Source: a virus
IMG/VR virus record: IMGVR_UViG_3300020056_000007
DNA length: 64,000 bases
Reading direction: 5' to 3' (one strand)
The notes below the pieces were generated by a model. That model was not told the origin of the DNA, did no database searches, and worked only from the letters and a program-made list of their open reading frames with translations. This document shows, piece after piece, positions 56,938 to 64,000 of this stretch; within the stretch, counting starts at the first letter, position 1; every line of letters begins with the position of its first letter. A program made the translations under genes and the position numbers.

Positions 56938-59900
56938 TGGCAACTTTTGTAAAAAAGGTATTAGTTGGAACACCAGTAAGAAGAGTTACAGCTGGTTCAT
57001 TTGATATTAGTAACATCGGTGGTGTTAATATTTCAGGCGATGCTGGAACTGGTTATAACGTTGGTGAAGGTGTACATAATGATATTTTGGTTTATGACTC
57101 ATCAGCATCTGAATATCGTAATCTTAATACGTTAAGACAATTAAAAATAGATCATTTTACAATTGATAGTAATAAAATTAGTGTTGATTTTAATGATCCA
57201 ACTATTTTAGATGAAATGTACATCTCTGCTCCAGATGGTGTATTTATTGACGGAAGATTAGAAGTTGATCGTATTAATCAAAGACAACTTGCTGTTTTTG
57301 ATGATAGTTCACTTACAACTAAATTTTATGTAGATCAAGAAATTGATAAGGTAAAAGAAGTTACCTTTACAATGGATGATGGATTTACTGACTCTGTTCA
57401 AATATATGATGGTGAAACTATCACTATGGCCGGTGGACGAGGACTATCTACTCGTGGTGTAAAAGTTGGCAATGTTCTTACTATTACAACTGACCTTGAT
57501 TCTACAGGCGCAGATTCTGGAACATTTGGTTCTTCTATTCGTATTCCAATTCTTACAACCAATTCTCGTGGTCAAATTACAACAATTTCAGATGTAGCGG
57601 TTGCTTCACTTGATTCGATTAATTATGATTCTTCAAATGGGTCTGGTGTACTTAGTATTAATACATCAGATGGTGGACTATATCAAACAACCATTAATTT
57701 AAATCCATTTACAACAACTGATCTTGAAGAAGGTACAGAAATACCTCCTACTGCATCTTTCACATATTCAGTTACTGCATCTGGCAATTTTTTCTATAGT
57801 GTAACTGGCACTGATAGAAATGGATCTATAAGTGGCGGTGATCCAGCTCTTACAGTTAGAGTTGGTGATACACTAACATTTAATAACTCCGTTTGGGAAG
57901 ATCATCCATTATTAATTAAAACAGTTGCTGGAACAGGAATTAATGATTTAGCTTCTGGAGTAACAGGTCAAGGTACGGCAACCGTAACTTGGACGCCTGA
58001 TACAGCTGGAACATATTACTATCAATGCCGTGTCCATGAAGATATGGTTGGAGTCATTACAGTATTAGCCCGACAAGAAGCAGCGCAATACTATTCAAGA
58101 GCGAGATTTGATTCTGCATTAGGCGATGGCACTTCTATTGCAACAATTCGTGGTTATGTAAGTGGATCTGGTGACCTTCAATACGATTCTGCAACAGGTG
58201 TATTCTCAGTTGACGTTCAACAAGTTTATGGTAGAGATGATTTTGACTCTGACCTAGACGATGCTATGAATAGCAATTCGAATTTGCATTGGTATCCAGA
58301 TAGCAACTTCTTTGATCTTACACCAATTAATGATTCAACAGCTGGCACATATGGTTCACCAACACAAATGCCAGTATTTACTGTTGATAGCTATGGTCGT
58401 ATTGATAGCATCGGTGAAGTTTTAGTTGCTTCAGTAGATAGTACACGTTGGATCTCAAGTACAAATACTTATAGAATTAGTACTGGTGACGGTCAAGTAT
58501 TTAATACTATTATCGATAGCTTTAATAGTAACGTTTTAATACAAGACGATATATCATTAAACTTTGGTGCAGGTAATGATCTTGTAATTAAACATAATAC
58601 AACTGCTAACTTAGATGAAATTACTGCTACAATTCCATTAGTAATTAGTTCAAGTGACTCAATTTCTATTGATGCCACAAGCGGCAATATTCATATTGGC
58701 GGAGATCTTTTACCATCAGTTGATTCTACATATGATCTTGGTTCACCAACTAAAAAATGGAAAGATCTATATTTATCTGGTCAAACAATTAATCTTGGAA
58801 CAGTAAAATTAGAAGATAGCCAGGGATCACTTTCTATTAAAACTGCAAGTGGTTTAGCTGGAGATTTAAGTCTTAAATATTTAAGAGCTGACTCTGCATA
58901 TATTAGTCAGTTAAATGTTGATAGCATTAGTATTTCTCAGTTGAATCTATCTAATGCTGATATGGATAGCCTATACGTTGATAATTTTAATGCTGTTATC
59001 GGCGATATCGATAATGCTACATTAGGTCAAGTTACTATCGACAGCGCTTATATTACACAGCTAAACGTAAGTCAACTAGATGTTGATAGCATTAATATTG
59101 TTGATGGTAAAGCTTATTTTGATAGTGCTTATATTACACAGTTAAATGTAGCAACAGCAGACATTGATACTTTTACATCAGCTAATGCTATTTTAGATAG
59201 TGCTTATATTGGTCAGCTTAATGTAAGTCAAGCAGATGCGGATAGTTTACATGTTGATCAATTAAATGTTGGCACAGCAGATATTGATAATGCTATATTG
59301 GGTCAAGTTACTATTGATTCAGCACATGCTACGCAATTAGACGTTTCGAATGCTCATATTGATGCTGCTACCGTTGATTCTGCAAGAATTGAAAACTTAA
59401 GCGTAGACATTTTAAATGCCGATTCAGTATCGGCAGACTTTATAAGATTTGATCGAGTTCTTTGGGATGATAATACTAAACCTACAACTGATGAAGGTAC
59501 AGTATACTATAATTCTGGACCTGATGCTCTTGTTTATAAACCTGCCACTGCTTCTCCAATTAAAATTGGTCAAGACGCAGTAACACGAGTTTATAACAAC
59601 ACTGGCGCTATGATTCCTCGTGGTTCTCCAGTTTATGTTACTGGTGCGACTAACGACTTCCCAACAATTGCGAAAGCACAAGCAAACGATATCACTACTA
59701 TTGATGCTACTATTGGTGTTCTAAAAGACAGTATTAATACAAATTCTTTTGGTCTCGTACTAAATAGAGGTTTACTTGGAAGATTAGACACTTCGTCATA
59801 TAGTGTTGGTGATTTACTATTTGTATCTGCAGATAGCGCTGGTAAGTTTACTACAACTGCTCCAACATATCCAAACTTTGCATATGAAGTTGGTAGAGTT

Positions 59901-62540
59901 CTAGTTGTAGACTCAGCGGGTGGAGCTAATGTTGGTGGTTGTGTACAAATTGCACAACAAAAAGAATTTTTCGAACAATTAAGAGTTACTGGTTCTGGCC
60001 GGATAGATCAAAACTTTACAATTGGTGGTAACCTTACTGTTATTGGTTCACAAATCCAAACTACAACTCAAAGTTTGGCGGTTGACGATACAGTTATTGA
60101 AGTAGGTGCGGGTGATACTATTGGCGCAGCTGGAACAAGTTTCGGTGGTACTGGACAGAATGATGGTGTATTCATTGGTCATTATACCGGTGATAGTGTT
60201 ATTAATTATCATGTAAGAATTGATTCTGCGGGTGGATCAGGAGATACAATTGAATGGTCTTACGATAGCCAATATGGAGTATTACAAACATTCGATTCTG
60301 CAGGTGGTACTGGACCTACTAAATTTGTATTATCAGCAGGTTCTTTAGTAGCTGCATTAAGTGATGGTATAAGTATTAAGTTTACTGCTGCTACGGGTCA
60401 TGATTTAAACGATAGTTGGGCTGGAGAAGCTTCACCAATTAATGTTCAAATTGGTCTTGTTGGTAATTATAATCCAGATGATGATTCACATGCATATTCA
60501 GGTTTAATTAGAGATCCAGCAGATAATAGATGGAAATTCTTCCAACAATATTTACCAGATCCACAAGCAAATGTTAATTTTGCCGATCCTTCATTAGAAT
60601 TTGCTCCAGTTCAAGTTGGAACATTATATGCAAGTACAGTAGATGCTAATTTAACTGGTAATGTTACTGGTACAGTATCTGATATTTCTAATCATACAAC
60701 TACACAACTTGCTGAAGGTACAAATCTATACTTTACTGATGCAAGAGTAAAAGCTGCAATTGCTGATTCAGCTGTAGCTGTAAGATTTGATGCTGATTCT
60801 GGCCAAATTAAACAATTTATTTCAGACTCTGCCTATATTGGTCAACTCAATGTAAGTCAATTAGATGTCGATAGCTTATACGCAGATCAAATCAATATTA
60901 GTCAAGCCGATGTTGATTCACTTTATGTCGATCAATTAAACGTAAGTCAAGCCGATGTTGATTCACTTTATGTCGATCAATTAAATGTAAGTCAATTAGA
61001 CGTTGATAGCATTAATATTGTTGATGGTAAAGCTTATTTTGATAGTGCTTATATTGGCCAATTAAACGTAACAATTGCTGATATAGACACATTAACTTCG
61101 GCCGATGCTATATTAGATAGTGCTTATATTGGCCAACTTAATGTTGCAACTGGAGATATCGACACCCTTACATCAGCTAATGCTTCACTTGATTCTGCTT
61201 ATGTTGGACAATTAAATGTCATAACTGGTGATATTGATAATGCTACATTAGGCCAAGTAACGATTGATTCTGCTTATATCACTCAAATAAACGTTTCACA
61301 AGGTGATATTGATAGTTTACATGCTTCTCAATTAAATGTTGATAGTGCTTATATTACACAATTAAATGTAAGTCAAGCGCATATCGATAGTTTATATGCA
61401 GATAATATTAACTTAGCATTAGTTGATATTGATACCTTTACTGCTGATTCAGCTATTATTACCAACATATCAGGTACTAGTGCAAACTTTACTACAATTG
61501 AAAGATCAGGTGCAACAGATTATAATGGAGTCTGGGGTTCAGCTTCATTAGTACCAATAATTACACTTAATTCATCCGGTTTTGTTGATAGTATTGGAAC
61601 AACTTCTGTTGCTGGTGTAACAGCATTTGCATGGGATTCAGCAACTTCAACAGCTACAATTAGTACAGCAGATGGTGGATCGTTTACGTCGGTTATTAAT
61701 GGTTTTGGTAGTATTACAAGTGATCTTATACCATCACTTGATTCAACATATGATCTAGGTTCTGTAAGTAATAAATGGAAAGACTTATATCTTTCTGGAT
61801 CTACTATTACCCTTGGCAATGTAAAATTACAAGATAGCGCCGGTGGCTTAAAAGTTATGCACACATCAGGTGCTATGACACAAGTTAAAGCTGGTCATCT
61901 TAAAGCAGATTCAGCCGCAGTTGATCTATTAGGTGTATTAAACGATTCAAATGGTCATTATCGTATATCACATAATACGGTAATGCGTTCATATGAAAAT
62001 AGAGATTCAAATAACCTAATATCTGGAATTACTCAAGATTCAAATAATCAAGGGCTTGTAAATATTTACGTAAGAACTGGATTTAAAACTGGAGCACATA
62101 GATATTGGAAGCAAGGATCTTCTAAAGGCTACTTTATAGCCTATGATTCAGACGATTTGTACACAGCGAAAGAAATCCAAGCACCACATTTAGATTTATT
62201 ACCAGGCGTTACATATCGATTCCACCATAATGACTCATCTATGTCAACGCACGATATTAGATTTTATTGGGATGATGCAAAATCTGGATTAGTTTCAGAT
62301 AGTGCAGCAGATATAATTTATGCTGGAGTTGCTGGTAATATAGATGTTGGTAATTCATATGCACAAATTAAAGTAAAACAAGATGGTCCTAGATCATTAG
62401 CATATCAATGTATTAATCATCCATATATGGGTAATAGTTTAAATACAAATACAACAGGTGGATCAAGAATTCTTGGAACATCAACAGGTATTAAAGTTGA
62501 TGGTGATATTGATGGAATTATTGATGGTGGAACATATTAG
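56937..62540 (+). CDS. giant repetitive tail fibre protein with cupredoxin-like domains and DS-rich repeats
   Basis: 1867 aa; DSAYIxQLNV repeats, YDLGS...WKDLYLSG x2, YYYQC..H..M.G, C-terminal IDGGTY. Confidence 0.8.
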   Translation: MATFVKKVLVGTPVRRVTAGSFDISNIGGVNISGDAGTGYNVGEGVHNDILVYDSSASEYRNLNTLRQLKIDHFTIDSNKISVDFNDPTILDEMYISAPDGVFIDGRLEVDRINQRQLAVFDDSSLTTKFYVDQEIDKVKEVTFTMDDGFTDSVQIYDGETITMAGGRGLSTRGVKVGNVLTITTDLDSTGADSGTFGSSIRIPILTTNSRGQITTISDVAVASLDSINYDSSNGSGVLSINTSDGGLYQTTINLNPFTTTDLEEGTEIPPTASFTYSVTASGNFFYSVTGTDRNGSISGGDPALTVRVGDTLTFNNSVWEDHPLLIKTVAGTGINDLASGVTGQGTATVTWTPDTAGTYYYQCRVHEDMVGVITVLARQEAAQYYSRARFDSALGDGTSIATIRGYVSGSGDLQYDSATGVFSVDVQQVYGRDDFDSDLDDAMNSNSNLHWYPDSNFFDLTPINDSTAGTYGSPTQMPVFTVDSYGRIDSIGEVLVASVDSTRWISSTNTYRISTGDGQVFNTIIDSFNSNVLIQDDISLNFGAGNDLVIKHNTTANLDEITATIPLVISSSDSISIDATSGNIHIGGDLLPSVDSTYDLGSPTKKWKDLYLSGQTINLGTVKLEDSQGSLSIKTASGLAGDLSLKYLRADSAYISQLNVDSISISQLNLSNADMDSLYVDNFNAVIGDIDNATLGQVTIDSAYITQLNVSQLDVDSINIVDGKAYFDSAYITQLNVATADIDTFTSANAILDSAYIGQLNVSQADADSLHVDQLNVGTADIDNAILGQVTIDSAHATQLDVSNAHIDAATVDSARIENLSVDILNADSVSADFIRFDRVLWDDNTKPTTDEGTVYYNSGPDALVYKPATASPIKIGQDAVTRVYNNTGAMIPRGSPVYVTGATNDFPTIAKAQANDITTIDATIGVLKDSINTNSFGLVLNRGLLGRLDTSSYSVGDLLFVSADSAGKFTTTAPTYPNFAYEVGRVLVVDSAGGANVGGCVQIAQQKEFFEQLRVTGSGRIDQNFTIGGNLTVIGSQIQTTTQSLAVDDTVIEVGAGDTIGAAGTSFGGTGQNDGVFIGHYTGDSVINYHVRIDSAGGSGDTIEWSYDSQYGVLQTFDSAGGTGPTKFVLSAGSLVAALSDGISIKFTAATGHDLNDSWAGEASPINVQIGLVGNYNPDDDSHAYSGLIRDPADNRWKFFQQYLPDPQANVNFADPSLEFAPVQVGTLYASTVDANLTGNVTGTVSDISNHTTTQLAEGTNLYFTDARVKAAIADSAVAVRFDADSGQIKQFISDSAYIGQLNVSQLDVDSLYADQINISQADVDSLYVDQLNVSQADVDSLYVDQLNVSQLDVDSINIVDGKAYFDSAYIGQLNVTIADIDTLTSADAILDSAYIGQLNVATGDIDTLTSANASLDSAYVGQLNVITGDIDNATLGQVTIDSAYITQINVSQGDIDSLHASQLNVDSAYITQLNVSQAHIDSLYADNINLALVDIDTFTADSAIITNISGTSANFTTIERSGATDYNGVWGSASLVPIITLNSSGFVDSIGTTSVAGVTAFAWDSATSTATISTADGGSFTSVINGFGSITSDLIPSLDSTYDLGSVSNKWKDLYLSGSTITLGNVKLQDSAGGLKVMHTSGAMTQVKAGHLKADSAAVDLLGVLNDSNGHYRISHNTVMRSYENRDSNNLISGITQDSNNQGLVNIYVRTGFKTGAHRYWKQGSSKGYFIAYDSDDLYTAKEIQAPHLDLLPGVTYRFHHNDSSMSTHDIRFYWDDAKSGLVSDSAADIIYAGVAGNIDVGNSYAQIKVKQDGPRSLAYQCINHPYMGNSLNTNTTGGSRILGTSTGIKVDGDIDGIIDGGTY
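59082..61055 (+). repeat. 54-bp identical direct repeat pair (59082-59135 and 61002-61055) plus 45-bp tandem duplication at 60901-60990
   Basis: GTTGATAGCATTAATATTGTTGATGGTAAAGCTTATTTTGATAGTGCTTATATT occurs twice, 1920 bp apart. Confidence 0.9.
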
Positions 62541-62543
62541 GAG

Positions 62544-62551
62544 TATAAATA
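62544..62551 (+). promoter_or_regulatory. T4-type late promoter
   Basis: Intergenic TATAAATA. Confidence 0.8.
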
Positions 62552-62601
62552 GAGTAAAGCAAGATTTTTATCTGTAATGCTTTCCTTATTAGGATATAGA
62601 A

Positions 62602-63840
62602 ATGGCTACTATTAGACTTAAAAAATCTTCCGTTACTGGGAAGGAACCAACCGCATCAGATCTTGAGTATGGTGAATTAGCATTAAACTATGCTGATGGA
62701 GTTTTGTATTATAAAAATACAAGTAATGTTGTTGCTAATATTTCTGGCGGTGGTGCCACTGCAGATAGTGATGCTCCAGCTGGAGCAAATTTAAGATCAG
62801 GTGATCTTTGGTGGGATGCTATTAATGGCCGTTTAAAAATTTATTATGATGATGGCGATCCAGCTGCAGCAAGTCCACTTACTGTAACTCTTACAGTTAA
62901 TTCTACATATACTACAAATTTAAATTATTCATTTGATACAGGTTGGACTGATCGCAATGGTCTGAAGTCATACACAAATGGCGCAACAGAATCTTTAGAT
63001 CCTGCAATTAATATTCAGCAAGGTGATACTATTACCATTAATAATGGTGAATCAGTAAATCATCCACTTTTCTTTGTAACTCAATTAGATCCAATTTCAA
63101 ACAATTATAATTCAAGTTATAATGTTGAACTTCCTGCAAGTAATTATGGTGGAGGTTCAGGTTCTGTTTCTTATCAATTCAATTCTCCAGGAACATATTA
63201 CTATATCTGTGGTGTTCATGCTGATATGTTTGGAGTTATTACTGTTGTTTCAAGTGCTACAGCTTCAAAACAATGGGTTGATGCATCTCCTCAAGGTAGA
63301 GGTTATACTGGTTCAGCCGGTGCAATTAACTATTCAGAAACTGCTCCATCTTCTCCAGCGGGTGGTCAAATTTGGTATGATACTAAAACTGGTAAATCAT
63401 ATATGTACTATATCGTTTCAGGTTATGGTCATTGGGTTTTATTTAGTGATCCAACAATTGCTGATGGTAATGAAGGGTTTACAGGATCACAAGGTTATAC
63501 AGGATCACGTGGTACAATTTCTCCAAGAAGTTTAATATTCCTAGCACCGCAACCAAACGATGAACAAACATTATTATTTACAAATAGCGCTTTAGTAGTA
63601 TCTGAAATAAGAGGAGTGATCAGGGCAGGAACAGACGTTGATATAGACGTAAAATATGCAACTTCGCGAAATCAAACAGGCACAACTATTGCGAGCGGTA
63701 CAATAGCAAATAATAGTACTGGTGCTACTCTTACAGTTTCTAATGCTAATATTCCAGCAAATAGTTATGTTTGGTGTGAAATAACAACAGTAACCGGAAT
63801 TGTAGATGAATTCCATCTTAACGTATTATTTAGTGAGTAA
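62602..63840 (+). CDS. tail fibre-associated protein with cupredoxin-like domain
   Basis: IRLKKSS..GK.P....L.YGELALNYADG N-terminus; HP...GTYYYICGVHADMFG; short GxTGSxG collagen-like run. Confidence 0.75.
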   Translation: MATIRLKKSSVTGKEPTASDLEYGELALNYADGVLYYKNTSNVVANISGGGATADSDAPAGANLRSGDLWWDAINGRLKIYYDDGDPAAASPLTVTLTVNSTYTTNLNYSFDTGWTDRNGLKSYTNGATESLDPAINIQQGDTITINNGESVNHPLFFVTQLDPISNNYNSSYNVELPASNYGGGSGSVSYQFNSPGTYYYICGVHADMFGVITVVSSATASKQWVDASPQGRGYTGSAGAINYSETAPSSPAGGQIWYDTKTGKSYMYYIVSGYGHWVLFSDPTIADGNEGFTGSQGYTGSRGTISPRSLIFLAPQPNDEQTLLFTNSALVVSEIRGVIRAGTDVDIDVKYATSRNQTGTTIASGTIANNSTGATLTVSNANIPANSYVWCEITTVTGIVDEFHLNVLFSE

Positions 63841-63843
63841 CAT

Positions 63844-64000
63844 ATGTCAACATTAATATTTCCAAACACTCCAGCACATTTAGATACTTACGTTGATCCT
63901 AATCAAGCTACGTGGCAATATGATAGCGATGGACCGTATTGGAATGTAATTACATCGACTGTTCGTAAAGCTTTTAGTGGTGTAAAATTAGAAAATACCT
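63844..64000 (+). CDS. partial structural protein (runs off window)
   Basis: MSTLIFPNTP...TWQYDSDGPYW open to the end of the window. Confidence 0.6.
   Translation, partial: MSTLIFPNTPAHLDTYVDPNQATWQYDSDGPYWNVITSTVRKAFSGVKLENT

Noticed and set aside
56937-62540. Abundant GATTC/GACTC (GANTC, the CcrM site) as a DNA-level signal
   Set aside because: They arise in frame from Asp-Ser codons, and many DS pairs use GAT-AGT/AGC, which is not GANTC. The signal is at protein level.
39276-62540. CRISPR array or diversity-generating retroelement suggested by repeats
   Set aside because: Repeats are in-frame coding units without unique spacers; no reverse transcriptase and no adenine-specific TR/VR mismatch pattern seen.

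Overview
A 64-kb, AT-rich segment of a T4-like (Tevenvirinae-type) myophage genome. The host is probably a marine or aquatic proteobacterium, inferred from sigma70-type early promoters, AGGAG ribosome-binding sites and an IscA-type auxiliary gene. Layout: (1) 0.2-6.0 kb, a late-promoter cluster of glycosyl- and methyltransferases; (2) 6.0-13 kb, early-promoter accessory region with small ORFs, ArdC-like, IscA, glutaredoxin, 3 tRNAs and a 2OG oxygenase; (3) gp33, gp32 and a candidate structured RNA; (4) 14.3-43.9 kb, tail/baseplate module (tape-measure/hub, gp51/gp26, gp54-like, gp2, gp4, gp48, gp53, split gp5, gp25, gp6, gp7, gp9-like, gp8, VrlC-like, fibres); (5) 44.3-56.5 kb, a 14-gene minus-strand operon behind a T4 late promoter (4 radical SAM enzymes, SPASM-like, QueC-like ATPase, nitroreductase, DegT aminotransferase, SGNH hydrolase, carbamoyltransferase, methyltransferase, GTs), inserted between fibre genes; (6) 56.5-64 kb, further fibre genes carrying cupredoxin domains. 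The best candidate for an undescribed system is phage-encoded virion glycosylation/tailoring. Both enzyme clusters are late-expressed, and the virion proteins are strongly enriched in an Asp-Ser dipeptide (about 66 DS vs about 10 SD by hand count in the 1867-aa fibre) that resembles a bacterial O-glycosylation sequon. Other highlights are a likely -1 frameshift fusing gp26 to gp51 upstream of the tape-measure gene and a multi-stem RNA after gene 32. All family calls come from motif recognition by eye, not database searches.
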